This document shows, piece by piece, positions 23,816 to 36,889 of a stretch of DNA of 64,000 nt; position 1 is the stretch's first letter, and each line of letters opens with the position of its first letter. Source of the DNA: Gaiellales bacterium (GTDB lineage: Bacteria > Actinomycetota > Thermoleophilia > Gaiellales > JAICJC01); NCBI GenBank assembly GCA_045806525.1, contig JBJMJD010000014.1, positions 9,538 to 73,537 on the forward strand, given 5' to 3'. The position numbers were made by a program, and so were the translations under genes. The notes below the pieces were generated by a model. It was not told the DNA's origin. It searched no databases and worked only from the letters and a program-made list of their open reading frames with translations.

Positions 23816-25012
23816 ATGAGTCCCCGCCCGCGAACGACGCTGATCATTGCAGTCATCGCCCAGGCGGCGGTCTCGGTCGTGCAGTTCGGCCTGCCCGCCA
23901 TCGGCGTGGACATCCAGAACGCGTTCGGCCTGGGACCGGCCGGGTTCGGGGCCGTGTTCGCCGCCGTGGGCCTCGGCTCCGCGGTCGCGCTGATCCCGGC
24001 CGGCATGCTGGTCGATCGCTTCGGGGCGCGCCCCGTGCTCCTGATCGGCGCCGCCATCAACCTCTGTGCCTACCTCGCGGCCTCGGTCGCGCCGAACGCC
24101 GCGCTGTTCGCCGGCGCCATCTTCCTGGCCGGCATCGGCTCGTCGGCCGTCCCCGTGGCCGGCATGAGCAGCCTGCTGAGGGAGTTCCCTCCGGAACGGC
24201 GTGGGGTCGCCCTTGGCTGGCGGCAGCTGGCGGTGCCGATGGGGGGTGCCATCGGCGCGGCCGCCCTACCGGTGCTAGCCCACATCGGAGGCGTGCGGCT
24301 GGCGCTGATCGTGACGGCCGTCGCCACAGCCTCCACCGCCACCGTGTTCGCGTGGCTCTCGGCCGCCGGCGGCGGTAGCGCGAGGCGCATGCGGCTGGAC
24401 GGCGCGCTCACCGCGCGCGGCATGCGCCCGCTGCTGGTCGTGGGCCTGTTCTACGTCTACGCGCTCGGCGCCTCGCTCACCTACATCGTCGCCGCCGCCC
24501 GTGACGACGGTCTCGGCAAGGCCGAGGCGGGCGCGCTGTTCGTGGTGCTGAACGTCTCGGCCGCGGCCTCCCGTCTGGTCTGGGGCCGGATGGCCGACCG
24601 CGGCGGCGGCACCCGCCGGGTACGCACCCTGGTCGAGATCGGCGTGCTGGCCGCGGTGGCCGGCCTCGCCATGGCGCCGGTGCTGCACGTTGGCTTCGTG
24701 CTGGCCGTGCCCGTCACCGTCGCGCTCGGCTTCGGCTGCTTCGGCTGGAACGGCGTGCTGTACGTCACCGCCGGCGAGCTGGTCGGCCCCGACCGGGCGG
24801 CGCGCGCGGTGGGCGTGGCATCGACCATGGTGTTTGGCGCCGGCGCGCTGGCCGCGCCCGTCTCGGGGCTGGTCGCCGAGCACGCCGGCTACGACGTGAT
24901 GTGGCTGACTGCGGCGGCCTCCTCGGCCGCCGGGGCGTTCTTCACCTGGCGCGCGCTGGCCTGGATGCGGCGGCCGCGCACCGCGGCGGCGGTTGGCGCT
25001 ACGGCACGCTAG
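23816..25012 (+). CDS. MFS transporter
   Basis: GMLVDRFGAR motif A, about 12 hydrophobic segments. Confidence 0.9.
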   Translation: MSPRPRTTLIIAVIAQAAVSVVQFGLPAIGVDIQNAFGLGPAGFGAVFAAVGLGSAVALIPAGMLVDRFGARPVLLIGAAINLCAYLAASVAPNAALFAGAIFLAGIGSSAVPVAGMSSLLREFPPERRGVALGWRQLAVPMGGAIGAAALPVLAHIGGVRLALIVTAVATASTATVFAWLSAAGGGSARRMRLDGALTARGMRPLLVVGLFYVYALGASLTYIVAAARDDGLGKAEAGALFVVLNVSAAASRLVWGRMADRGGGTRRVRTLVEIGVLAAVAGLAMAPVLHVGFVLAVPVTVALGFGCFGWNGVLYVTAGELVGPDRAARAVGVASTMVFGAGALAAPVSGLVAEHAGYDVMWLTAAASSAAGAFFTWRALAWMRRPRTAAAVGATAR

Positions 25013-27627
25013 GTGGTCAGCTCCAGCTCCCGTGCCGGCACCGGATGGCCGAGCAGGTAGCCCTGTCCAAGGTCGCATCCGTGCTCGAGCAGGAAGTCAA
25101 GCTGCTCCTGCGTCTCGATGCCCTCGGCCAGCGGCTGCAGGTCGAGGCTGTGCGCCAGCTGGATGATCGCGGCCACGATCGCCGCGGCCCCGCGGTCGTG
25201 TGGCAGGTCGGCCACGAACGACCGGTCGATCTTGAGCGTGCTGACCGGCAGCTGTCGCAGCCGCTCCAGCGACGAGTGCCCCTTGCCGAAGTCGTCGATC
25301 GCCATCTGCACGCCGTGCGCCCGCAGCAGCGACAGCGTGTGCGCGGCCCGGGCCGGCTGCACCATCACGGTCGACTCAGTCACCTCGATCATCATGCGGC
25401 TGGGGTCGACACCTGCGCGTCCGGTCGCGTCCAGCAGCATCTCGACGATGCTCGGCCCCCAGAGCCCTGGCGGCAGGTTGAACGACACCACCAGGTCCGC
25501 GCCCTGGTCGCTCCACGCGCGCGCCTGCCGGCAGGCCCCCTCGATCACCCGCCGCGTCATCGGCTCGATAAGCCCCGACCGCTCCGCCAGCGGCACGAAC
25601 TGTTCGGGCAGCACCAGCCGGCCATCGGCGTCGCGCCACCGCACCAGCGTCTCGGCGCCGACCAGCCGCCGGCTCTCGAGCTCCACGATCGGCTGGAAGT
25701 GCAGCTCGAACTCGTCCCGCTCGACCGCCCGGCGCAGGTCACCCATCATCGCCAGCCGCCCCCGCGCCTTGCCCGGGTCGATCGCAGCCGCCTCGTTCTC
25801 GATCAGGCCCTTTCCGATGTACATCGCCGTATCGGCGTTCCGCAGCAGCTCGTCACGGTCGGTGGCGTCGATCGGGTAGATGCTGACACCGATGCTGAGG
25901 CCCACGTGCACGTCCGTGCCGGCCACCAGGAACGGCGTCTCCAGCACGCTTCGCACCTTGTTCTCGATCGCCGACACAACCTCCAGCGCACGCGGCACGA
26001 TCGTCTCGCCGCCGTCCAGCTCCAGGTCGGGCACCAGCACCAGGAACTCGTCACCGCCCTGGCGGGCGACGATGTCGGTGGCACGCGTGACCGACTTCAG
26101 CCGCGCTCCGAAGTCGCGCAGCAGGGCGTCACCCGCCTCGTGCCCGAAGCTGTCGTTGATCAGCTTGAAGTTGTCGAGGTCGATGAACAGCACGGCCACG
26201 CCGAAGTGGTGGCGATCGGCCCGCGCCAGCGCCAGCGCCAGGTGCTCGTGGAACATCGAGCGATTGGGCAGCCCGGTCAGCTGGTCGTGGTATGCGAGGT
26301 GCTCGATCTGAGCCTGCGCCCGCATCTGCTCCGTGATGTCCCGCGCGATCACCGACACCGCCACGATCTGGCCCGAGTCGTCGACGATCGGCGACACGGT
26401 CAGCGAGACGTCCACCGTCGATCCGTCCTTGCGGAGATGCACGGTCTCGAACGGCTCGATCTGCTGGCCGCGCCCCGGGCCGGACAGCACGTCGGCGATC
26501 TCGTCCACGCCCTCTTCGGTGGCCAGCATCCCCGCCGCGCGCCCCACCGCCTCCTCGGCCGCGTAGCCGTAGAGCAGCTCCGCGCCTCGGTTCCATGTGA
26601 GGATCGTGCCGCCCAGCGTCTTTGACAGGATCGCGTCGTTCGTGGTCTCGACGATCGCGGCCAGGTGGCGCATCGCCGCTTGCGCCGCGCGGCTGGCGGT
26701 GACATCCCGCAGGTAGACGGTGAACGAGGGCGGCCCGGGCAGATCGATCTGCGTGATCGCCAGTTCGACCGGGAACTCGCGCCCGTCGCTGCGCCGCCCG
26801 ATCGCCTCGGTGGGCAGGCCCAGCAGCCGCGGCAGCTGGCCCGCCAGCAACGCCTCCATGTCGGCACGGTGCGGCTCGTCCAACCGGTCGACCACCAGCA
26901 GGTCGGTGATCGAGAGGCCGATCGCCTCGTCTCGGGAACGCGCGAACGTCAGCTCCGCCGCCGGGTTGAATTCGGTCACGCGCCCGTGCGCGTCCAGCCC
27001 GATGATGCACTCGAAGGCCGCGTTCACGATCGCGCTCTTGCGCGCTTCGCTGGCGCGCACGTCGCGCTCGGCGTCGCGGTGGCGGATGAACTGGCCGACC
27101 AGGCTGCCGATGCCCGTCAGCAGGGCCATCAGCTCCTCGTCGGGCTCGCGCACCCGCGAGCTGAAGAACTCCATCACGCCTGTCACCTCGCCGTACGCGG
27201 TGACCGGCAGCGCCAGCGCCGCGTGGATGTCCTCGCGCGCCGCCTGCGCCCCGCGCTGCTGGCCGGGGTCGGCGCCGATGTCTGGCACCCAGAGCGGGAC
27301 GCCGTCCTGCCAGACCCTGCCGGGCAGCCCCTCGCCCCGCGCGAACACCGCATGGCGCGTTGCCAGCGAGAAGCCGACCAGCGGCGTGCCCGGCAGGTGC
27401 CAAAGGTCGACGCAGCGGATCACCTGCTCGTCTGAGTCGATCCGCCACAGCGCCCCCAGCTCCCAGTCGAGCCCCCGGCAGACGACCTCGAGCAGGCGCG
27501 GCGCAGCCTCCGCAAGCGTCTGCGCTTCGGCGAGCGCGCTCGTCACCGCCAGGTGCGTCCGCAGACGCTCCTGTACCACATGGTGACGGCGCTCTCGGTC
27601 GCCTTTGGTGTCGCGTCCGTGGCCCAT
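25009..27627 (-). CDS. GAF-PAS-PAS-GGDEF-EAL diguanylate cyclase/phosphodiesterase
   Basis: HDQLTGLPNR, DLDNFK, RATD I-site, GGDEF; AETLVRW, IDDFGKG, LKIDRSF, AEGIET. Confidence 0.95.
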   Translation of the reverse strand: MGHGRDTKGDRERRHHVVQERLRTHLAVTSALAEAQTLAEAAPRLLEVVCRGLDWELGALWRIDSDEQVIRCVDLWHLPGTPLVGFSLATRHAVFARGEGLPGRVWQDGVPLWVPDIGADPGQQRGAQAAREDIHAALALPVTAYGEVTGVMEFFSSRVREPDEELMALLTGIGSLVGQFIRHRDAERDVRASEARKSAIVNAAFECIIGLDAHGRVTEFNPAAELTFARSRDEAIGLSITDLLVVDRLDEPHRADMEALLAGQLPRLLGLPTEAIGRRSDGREFPVELAITQIDLPGPPSFTVYLRDVTASRAAQAAMRHLAAIVETTNDAILSKTLGGTILTWNRGAELLYGYAAEEAVGRAAGMLATEEGVDEIADVLSGPGRGQQIEPFETVHLRKDGSTVDVSLTVSPIVDDSGQIVAVSVIARDITEQMRAQAQIEHLAYHDQLTGLPNRSMFHEHLALALARADRHHFGVAVLFIDLDNFKLINDSFGHEAGDALLRDFGARLKSVTRATDIVARQGGDEFLVLVPDLELDGGETIVPRALEVVSAIENKVRSVLETPFLVAGTDVHVGLSIGVSIYPIDATDRDELLRNADTAMYIGKGLIENEAAAIDPGKARGRLAMMGDLRRAVERDEFELHFQPIVELESRRLVGAETLVRWRDADGRLVLPEQFVPLAERSGLIEPMTRRVIEGACRQARAWSDQGADLVVSFNLPPGLWGPSIVEMLLDATGRAGVDPSRMMIEVTESTVMVQPARAAHTLSLLRAHGVQMAIDDFGKGHSSLERLRQLPVSTLKIDRSFVADLPHDRGAAAIVAAIIQLAHSLDLQPLAEGIETQEQLDFLLEHGCDLGQGYLLGHPVPARELELTT

Positions 27628-27794
27628 CAGATCCCCCGGCAGCCGGCACGAGCCGCGCCGCCCTTGAGTTTCACCTTACGCTCGTCTCCGCAAGTCACAC
27701 TCCACCGTTCGGGTGATACCCGCGTAAGAAGTTTGTTAGGTCGAGAGGATAGGGATGGGCCCAGATGGTGCCGAGGCTGCGGTGGAGGTCAGCC

Positions 27795-28637
27795 TCAGTA
27801 CTCGTAGAAGCCGCGGCCGGTCTTTCGCCCCAGCCGGCCGGCCTCGACGTAGCTGCGCAGCAGCGGGCACGGCCGGTACTTGTCGTCCCCGAGCCCGTCG
27901 TGCAGCACCTCCATGATCGCCAGGCAGGTGTCCAGGCCGATCAGGTCGGCCAGCGTCAGCGGCCCCATCGGGTGGTTCATGCCCAGCTTCATGACGGTGT
28001 CGATCGACTCGCGGTCGCCCACGCCCTCCATCAGGCAGTAGACGGCTTCGTTGATCATGGGCACCAGGATCCGGTTGGAGATGAACCCTGGGTAGTCGTT
28101 GGCCTCGGCCACCGTCTTTCCCATCGCCTCGGCGGCGGCCACCACGCTGGCGACCGTCTCGTCGCTGGTCTCGAGGCCGCGGATCACCTCCACCAGCTGC
28201 ATCAGCGGCACCGGGTTCATGAAATGCATGCCGACCACCTGCTGCGGGCGCTTCGTGGCCCCGGCCAGGCGGGTGATCGGAATCGAGCTGGTGTTGGAGG
28301 CGAGGATGGCTCCGTGCCCGGCCACCTCGTCCAGCTGGGCGAAGATGCGCAGCTTCAGCTCGACGTTCTCGGTCGCGGCCTCGATCAGGAGGTCGGCGTC
28401 AGCGGGCTCGGCCGCCGTCTGGATCCGCTGCAGCGCGGCGTCGCGAGCAGCCTCGTCCAGGCGGCCCTTCTCGGTCAGCTTCGCCAGCGACACCTCGATG
28501 CCGGATACGGCCTGCTCCAGCTGGCGCGGCGCCACGTCGCTCAGGGTCACGTCGAAGCCGCCGACGGCAGCCGTCTGGGCGATGCCGGCGCCCATCTGGC
28601 CCGCGCCCACCACGGTGATGCGGCGGATCTCGCTCAT
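27795..28637 (-). CDS. hbd: 3-hydroxybutyryl-CoA dehydrogenase
   Basis: [29 protein letters not shown]. Confidence 0.92.
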   Translation of the reverse strand: MSEIRRITVVGAGQMGAGIAQTAAVGGFDVTLSDVAPRQLEQAVSGIEVSLAKLTEKGRLDEAARDAALQRIQTAAEPADADLLIEAATENVELKLRIFAQLDEVAGHGAILASNTSSIPITRLAGATKRPQQVVGMHFMNPVPLMQLVEVIRGLETSDETVASVVAAAEAMGKTVAEANDYPGFISNRILVPMINEAVYCLMEGVGDRESIDTVMKLGMNHPMGPLTLADLIGLDTCLAIMEVLHDGLGDDKYRPCPLLRSYVEAGRLGRKTGRGFYEY

Positions 28638-29818
28638 GCCGGCAGCACCTCGATCAGCATCGCGTCGCCCTGGGCCGCGCCGGAGCAGATCGCCGCCAGC
28701 CCGATCCCGCCGCCGCGTCGCCGCAGCTGGTGCACAAGGGTGCCGACCAGGCGCGCTCCCGAGGCGCCGATGGGATGGCCGAAGGCGACGGCGCCGCCCT
28801 GCACGTTGAAGCGGTCGGGGTCGGCACCGAGCAGGTCGATGGTCGAGAGCACCACCGAGCAGAAGGCCTCGTTGATCTCGAACAGATCGACGTCGGCCAC
28901 GGTCAAGCCGGCCCGCTCCAGCGCCATTCGCGCGGCCGCGGCCGGGGTGCGCACCAGATAGGGATAGTCGTCGGCGACGTGGCCCTCACTGAGGATCCGC
29001 GCCAGCGGCGTCAGCCCCCGTGTGCCCGCCCACTGCTCCGAGGCCAGCACCAGCGCGGCGGCGCCGTCGTTGACTCCGGGCGCGTTTCCGGCGGTCGTGG
29101 CCCCCTCCTTGCTGAACACGGGCTTCAGCGCCCCAAGCCGCTCGGCCGACGTGTCGCGGCGCGGGCCCTCGTCGGCGTCGACCACGGTCTCGCCCTTGCG
29201 GCCGGGCACGGTCACGGCAACGATCTCTTCGGCCAGGTGGCCCGCGTCCTGGGCCGCCACCGCGCGCTCGTGGCTGCGCAGCGCCCAGGCATCCTGATCC
29301 TCCCGCGAGCACGCGATCTCGGCCGAGACGACCGAGTTTTCCTCGGCCATGATCCGGTGCGTGAAGGTGGAGGTGAGGCCGTCGCTGGTCATGTGGTCGA
29401 CCAGCACGCCATCGCCCATCGTGTAGCCGAAGCGGGCCTTGGGCACCAGGTAGGGGGCGTTGGACATGCTCTCCATGCCACCGGTCAGCACCACATCGTG
29501 GTCGCCGGAGCGGATCAGCAGGTCGCCGTAGGCGGTCGCGCGCATGCCGGAGGCGCAGACCTTGTTGATCGTGTCGGAGCCGACTCCGACCGGGCAGCCG
29601 ACTCCGGCCGAGACCTGACGGGACGGGATCATGCCGACCCCCGCCTGCAGCACCTCGCCCATCACCACGTAGCCGATCTCGTCGGGGCTGACTCCGGCCC
29701 GTTCCAGCGCGGCGCTGCCGGCGTGGATGCCCAACTGCGGCGCGGGCAGCGACGCCAGGCCCCCGCCGAGGCGGCCGAACGGGGTGCGCGCGGCACCCAG
29801 GATCACGGTTCGTGGCAT
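28634..29818 (-). CDS. Acetyl-CoA C-acyltransferase (thiolase)
   Basis: [25 protein letters not shown]. Confidence 0.95.
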   Translation of the reverse strand: MPRTVILGAARTPFGRLGGGLASLPAPQLGIHAGSAALERAGVSPDEIGYVVMGEVLQAGVGMIPSRQVSAGVGCPVGVGSDTINKVCASGMRATAYGDLLIRSGDHDVVLTGGMESMSNAPYLVPKARFGYTMGDGVLVDHMTSDGLTSTFTHRIMAEENSVVSAEIACSREDQDAWALRSHERAVAAQDAGHLAEEIVAVTVPGRKGETVVDADEGPRRDTSAERLGALKPVFSKEGATTAGNAPGVNDGAAALVLASEQWAGTRGLTPLARILSEGHVADDYPYLVRTPAAAARMALERAGLTVADVDLFEINEAFCSVVLSTIDLLGADPDRFNVQGGAVAFGHPIGASGARLVGTLVHQLRRRGGGIGLAAICSGAAQGDAMLIEVLPA

Positions 29819-29882
29819 GAAATCAGTCCCTGATCGCAGTGGTGTGTACTGGCACGAGGTCTAGCACAGGGGCGCAAACGGG

Positions 29883-29911
29883 TTGACCGGCTGTCGCCGC
29901 CCGGTCATACT
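29883..29911 (+). promoter_or_regulatory. trp operon promoter
   Basis: TTGACC, 17 nt spacer, CATACT, then 9 nt to the leader ATG. Confidence 0.65.
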
Positions 29912-29920
29912 TCCACTCGC

Positions 29921-29977
29921 ATGCAGATCAAGCCCAGCAGCTGGTGGTGGATTCCCGCGCGAGGTACGGACCGCTAG
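29921..29977 (+). CDS. trpL: trp operon leader peptide MQIKPSSWWWIPARGTDR
   Basis: Three tandem TGG codons in an 18-codon ORF upstream of a terminator and trpE. Confidence 0.9.
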   Translation: MQIKPSSWWWIPARGTDR

Positions 29978-30006
29978 CTGCGCCGCGGCACCCGCTCCTC
30001 GCACAG

Positions 30007-30038
30007 GCCTTTCGCCGGATCCGGCGGGAGGCTTTTTT
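30007..30038 (+). terminator. trp attenuator (intrinsic terminator)
   Basis: GCCTTTCGCCG-GATC-CGGCGGGAGGC 11-bp stem (2 GU pairs) followed by TTTTTT, ending 9 nt before trpE. Confidence 0.9.
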
Positions 30039-30047
30039 GTTGCCCCA

Positions 30048-31375
30048 ATGACCGACGACCGCATCATCCGAACGCTTCCCGCAGACCTGCTGACCCCGGT
30101 TGGCGCCTACATGCTGCTGCGCGAGGCGCTGGGCGCGCCGGCCTTCCTGCTGGAGTCGGTCGAGCGGGGCGAGCAGGTGGGCAGGCACAGCTTCCTGGCG
30201 GCCGGCTGTGAGACCACCGACTCGCTGGAGGAGGCGATGGCGTTCACGGCCACCCGCCCCGGACCGGCACCCGGCGATCCGCCGTTCGTGGGGGGCGCCG
30301 TCGGGCACCTCGGCTACGACTGGGCGTCGCAGCTGGAGCCGGTGCCGCTGCCACCCGCCCACCCCGACGACGCGGGTCTGCCGCTGATGCGCTTCATGCT
30401 GGCCGACTCTGTGGTGGCGTTCGACCACGTCCGCCGCACGATGTCGCTGATCGGCCCGCGCAAGGCGGTCGAGCGGCTGGTGGTGGCGCTGTCCCGGCCG
30501 CCCGCGGCGGCCGCGGCGCCGCCCCGGGCGCAGGGACCCGCGCACCGCGAGATCACGCGCGAGCGCTACATGGCGGCCGTCGAGACCGCCCGCGAGCACA
30601 TCGCCGCCGGCGATGCGTTCCAGATCGTCCCGTCGCAGCGCGTCCGCCGCGAGACCGGAGCCTCGCCGTTTGCGATCTACCGGGCGCTTCGCGGCGTCAA
30701 CCCGTCGCCCTACATGTTCCTGCTCGACAACGGCGAGTTCCAGCTGGTCGGCTCCTCGCCCGAGGTACACGTCCGGCTCGACCTCGACGGCACGTGCGAG
30801 CTGCGACCAATCGCGGGCACGCGGCCGCGCTCGGCCGACCGCGCGCAGGACGACGCCCTGGCCGACGAGCTGCTGGCCTCCGAGAAGGACCGGGCCGAGC
30901 ACGTGATGCTGGTCGACCTGGCCCGCAACGATCTGGGTCGCGTATGCGTGCCGGGCAGCATCCGCGTGGCGCGCTCGATGGTCGTGGAGCGCTACTCGCA
31001 CGTCATGCACATCGTCTCGAACGTGTTCGGCCAGCTGCGTGATGACCGCGACGCGGCCTCGCTGCTGCGCGCGACCTTCCCGGCGGGGACGCTGTCGGGC
31101 GCGCCCAAGGTGCGTGCGATGCAGATCATCTCGGAGCTGGAGGGCCGGCGCCGCGGCGTCTACGGTGGCGCGATCGGCTACCTCGGCTTCGGTGGCGACA
31201 TGGACACGTGCATCGCGATCCGCACGATCGCCATGTGCAACGGCGTTGCGTACCTGCAGGCGGGGGCCGGGATCGTGGCAGACTCCGACCCTGCGGATGA
31301 ACACCAGGAGTGCCTGAACAAGCTGGCCGCTCTGGGAGCCGCCATCGACCAGGCCGAGACAGGGGTGTACGGGCC

Positions 31376-31379
<4 letters not shown>
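30048..31379 (+). CDS. trpE: Anthranilate synthase component I
   Basis: FLLESV, NPSPYM, PIAGT, EHVMLVDLARND, GTLSGAPK; start at ATG 30048. Confidence 0.95.
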
Positions 31380-31944
<565 letters not shown>

Positions 31945-31948
<4 letters not shown>

Positions 31949-32973
31949 TCGACGGTGCCATCGCCGCGCTGGTGGAGCGGCGCGACCTGCTGCCCGAGGA
32001 GGCCCACGCGGCCATGATGCAGGTGATGGACGGCGAGGCCACGCCCGCCCAGATCGCCGGGTTCCTTGTGGGGCTGCGGATGAAGGGTGAGACGGTGGGC
32101 GAGATCACCGGCTGTGCTCGCGCCATGCGCGCCCACGTGACGCCGGCGCGGCCGCAGCACCAGACGCTGGTCGACACGGCCGGCACCGGCGGTGACGGCG
32201 CCCACACGTTCAACATCTCGACGTCGGCAGCGCTGGTCGCCGCCGCGGGAGGCGCGTACGTCGCCAAGCATGGCAACAGGGCGGTGTCGTCGCGCAGCGG
32301 GTCGGCCGACGTGCTGGAGGCGCTGGGCGTGCGCATCGACCTGTCGCCGGTCGACGTGGCCGACTGCATCGACGAGGTCGGATTCGGCTTCATGTTTGCC
32401 CAGGCCCATCACCCCGCCATGCGCCACGCAGGGCCGGTCAGGCGCGACCTGGGCGTGCGCACGGTGTTCAATGTGCTGGGGCCGCTGACGAACCCGGCAG
32501 GTGCACAGCGGCAGGTGGTGGGCGTGTACGCGCCGGAGCTGGTCGAGCCGATCGCGCAGGTGCTGGCCGCACTCGGCACCGAGCACGCGCTGGTCGCCCA
32601 CGGCGCTGGCGGGCTGGACGAGCTGACGCCGACCGGCGAGAACCTGGTGGCCGAGGTGCGGGACGGGCGGGTCAGCGTGTCCAAGGTCGACCCGCGCGAG
32701 TTCGGCGCCGGCCCGGGAACGCCCGACGACCTGGGCGGCGGCGACGCTTCGGCCAACGCCGCCATCATCCGCACCGTGTTCGACGGCGAGACAGGGCCGC
32801 GGCGAGACGCCGTGATCCTGAACGCCGGCGCCGCCCTGTACGTCGCCGGGCTGAGCGAGACGCTCGAGCAGGGGGTGTACGCCGCGCGCGACGCGATCGA
32901 CGACGGCCGCGCGACCTCCACCCTCGAACGGCTGGTCGCGTTCACGAGCGCCCGGGCAGGGGCGGAGGCATGA
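31945..32973 (+). CDS. trpD: Anthranilate phosphoribosyltransferase
   Basis: DTAGTGGDG..TFNIST, KHGNR, SGSADVL. Confidence 0.97.
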
Positions 32974-33698
32974 GCGGCTACCTGGCTCGGATCGGAGGCG
33001 ACGTCCGCCGCGACGCGCCGGAGCCGACGCGTGGCTTCGCCGAGGCGCTGGCAGCCGGCCCCTCGGTGGCGGTGGTGGCGGAGGTCAAACGCAGCTCGCC
33101 GTCGCAGGGTGCAATCGCGCCGGACGCGGACATCGCCGCCACGGCGGTGCGCTACGAGACAGGCGGCGCGGCATGCATGTCGGTGCTGTGCGCGGAGCGC
33201 GACTTCGGCGGCTCGCTCGACCACCTGCTCCAGGCCCGCGCCGCGGTCTCCATCCCGGCCATCGCCAAGGACTTCACCGTCTTCCCGGAGCAGGTCGCCA
33301 CCCAGCGGCTGGCGGGTGCCGATGCGATCCTGGTGATCCTGGCGATGGTCAGCGACGACGAGGCCCGTCGGCTAATGGACACCGCGGCGCTGCTCGGCAT
33401 GGACGCGCTGGTGGAGACTCATTCGCGCGAGGAGATCGACCGCGCCGTCGCGATCGGCGCGCGCGTCGTGGGCGTGAACGCCCGCGACCTGGAGACGCTC
33501 GAGATCGACCGCGACCGGCAGCTGGTGCTGCTGTCGTCGCTGCCGCGTGACGTGATCCGCGTTGCCGAATCAGGTATCGCCGCACGCGAGGACGTGGAGC
33601 GGGCGCGTGACGCCGGTGCCGACGCGGTGCTGGTTGGGACGGCCCTGATGCGCGACCCGCTGCTGCTGGCCGAGCTGGTGGGGGTGCCGCGTGGCTGA
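32970..33698 (+). CDS. trpC: Indole-3-glycerol phosphate synthase
   Basis: AEVKRSSPS, KDF, GVNARDL, AESGI. Confidence 0.93.
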   Translation: MSGYLARIGGDVRRDAPEPTRGFAEALAAGPSVAVVAEVKRSSPSQGAIAPDADIAATAVRYETGGAACMSVLCAERDFGGSLDHLLQARAAVSIPAIAKDFTVFPEQVATQRLAGADAILVILAMVSDDEARRLMDTAALLGMDALVETHSREEIDRAVAIGARVVGVNARDLETLEIDRDRQLVLLSSLPRDVIRVAESGIAAREDVERARDAGADAVLVGTALMRDPLLLAELVGVPRG

Positions 33699-34259
33699 GA
33701 CGCTGGTCAAGATCTGCGGCATAACCCGGGCCGAGGACGTCGCGGCTGCGGTCGAGGCCGGCGCGGACGCGATCGGGTTCATCGTCGTGCCGTCCAGCCC
33801 GCGCGGCGTCGAGTTCTCGACCGCGTGCAAGCTCGCCACCGGCGCCCCGAAGCACGTTCGCACCGTCGTCGTCTACGCCGACACCGCCGTCCACCTCCAC
33901 TCGTGGGACAAGTTCGACCTCGTTCAGGTGTACGGCCGCTTCGCCCACCCGAACAACCGTACGATCGTCGGCATCCGCGAGCATCCGGACAGCGGCCTGC
34001 CCGACGGCGTGCCGGTGCTGCTCGACCTGCCCCGCGACTCGACCCCCGACGACGAGACGCTGCGCGCGCACTGGCTGCAGGCCGCCGGCGTGCGCGCGCC
34101 GGTGATCCTGGCAGGCAGCCTCAATCCGGACAACGTGGCCGAGGCCGTGCGCACCGCGCGGCCATGGGCCGTCGACACCGCCCGCGGCGTGGAGCGCTCG
34201 CCCGGCATCAAGGATCGCGACCGCATGCGCCGTTTCATCCGCAACGCAAAGGACGCCAC

Positions 34260-34263
<4 letters not shown>
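33691..34263 (+). CDS. trpF: Phosphoribosylanthranilate isomerase
   Basis: [32 protein letters not shown]. Confidence 0.9.
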
Positions 34264-35428
<1,165 letters not shown>

Positions 35429-35432
<4 letters not shown>

Positions 35433-36169
35433 GGATCGAGACGCCGGCGCTGGTCATCTACCTGATGGCTGACCACGACACGGTCGAGCTGGCGGAGGCG
35501 GCGGTGCGGGGCGGCGCCACGGCGATCGAGATCGGCATCCCCTTCTCGGACCCGCTGGCGGACGGTACGACCGTGCAGCGGGCCGGGCTGCGCGCGCTGC
35601 GAAACGGGATGACGGCGACGCGCGCGCTGGAGCTGATCGGCGAGCTTCGGCGGCGGACCGCAGTGCCGCTGGTCCCGATGACGTACGCCGGGCCGGTGAT
35701 GGCGTACGGAGAGGAGCGGTTCTGCGCCGACCTGGCCGCGGCCGGCGCCGACGGCATGATCGTGCCAGACGTGCCGCACGACGAGGCCGGAGACCTGCTC
35801 GACGCGTGCCGCCGAAATGGACTGGATGTGGTGCCGCTGCTGGCGCCGACCAGCACCGACGAGCGCATCGAGCTGGCTTGCAGAGCCGCAGGCGGCTTCG
35901 TGTACCTGGTGTCGGTGGCGGGCATCACCGGGTCACGGCAGAGGCTGTCTGACCGGGTGGCGCCGCTGGTCGGGCGGGTGCGCCGGCACACCGAGCTGCC
36001 CCTGCTGGTCGGGTTCGGGATCGCCTCGGGGGCGACCGCGCGCGAGGTGATGGACACGGGCGCCGACGGGGTTGTGATCGGCAGCAAGGCGATCGAGGTG
36101 TCGGAGGCGGGTGGCGCCGACGGCTTGGAGCGATTTGTGGCCGAGGTGGCGGCGGCGATCACCAGGTGA
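35429..36169 (+). CDS. trpA: Tryptophan synthase alpha chain
   Basis: [36 protein letters not shown]. Confidence 0.95.
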
Positions 36170-36214
36170 CAACGATCAACGTGTCCTCAATCGCTACGGT
36201 CTAGGCTTTGCGGC

Positions 36215-36889
36215 ATGCGTGTACTCGTTGTTGAGGACGACCAGCCGCTGGTCCGCATCATGACCAAGTCGCTCGAGTCGAACGGGTTCGAGGTGATGTC
36301 GGCGTTCGACGGCGAGGACGGCCTGCGCGCGGCGCGGGACGACCGGCCGGACGCGATCGTGCTCGACCTGCAGCTGCCCCGGCTGAACGGGGTCGACCTG
36401 TGCCGGCGGCTGCGGTCGGAGGGCAACTCCGTGCCGATCCTGATGTTGACGGCCCGCAGCACGGTTCCCGACCGGATCGGGGGCCTGGATGCGGGGGCCG
36501 ATGACTACCTGGTGAAGCCGTTCTCGCTGGGCGAGCTGGCGGCGCGGCTGCGGGCGCTGGGCCGGCGCGGCAAGACGACGCCGCAGGTGATCGAGGCTGG
36601 GCCGCTGCAGCTGGACACCGGCGCGCGCGAGGCGCGGGTCAACGGCAGCCCGGTCGAGCTGACCGGCACGGAGTTTGCGCTGCTCGAGTATCTGATGCAG
36701 AACGCCGGCCAGGTGCTGTCGCGCGACCAGCTGCGCGAAGAGGTGTGGGGCGAGGGATTCGAACCGGCGTCAAACGTCGTCGACATCTACGTGCACTACG
36801 TGCGCCGGAAGCTGAAGGCGGCCGGGCTCGAGGTCGATCCGATCCGCACGGTGCGGGGGCTCGGATATGCATTCCGCCGCGGGGATTGA
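36215..36889 (+). CDS. OmpR/PhoB family response regulator
   Basis: VVEDD, LDLQLP, GADDYLVKPF, winged-helix IRTVRGLGY. Confidence 0.96.
   Translation: MRVLVVEDDQPLVRIMTKSLESNGFEVMSAFDGEDGLRAARDDRPDAIVLDLQLPRLNGVDLCRRLRSEGNSVPILMLTARSTVPDRIGGLDAGADDYLVKPFSLGELAARLRALGRRGKTTPQVIEAGPLQLDTGAREARVNGSPVELTGTEFALLEYLMQNAGQVLSRDQLREEVWGEGFEPASNVVDIYVHYVRRKLKAAGLEVDPIRTVRGLGYAFRRGD

Noticed and set aside
27628-27794. Possible c-di-GMP riboswitch upstream of the GGDEF-EAL gene
   Set aside because: No GEMM consensus elements recognised; probably only a promoter/UTR.
29883-30047. N-terminal extension of TrpE suggested by the ORF track
   Set aside because: This region is the promoter, leader peptide and attenuator; the true start is most likely ATG 30048.
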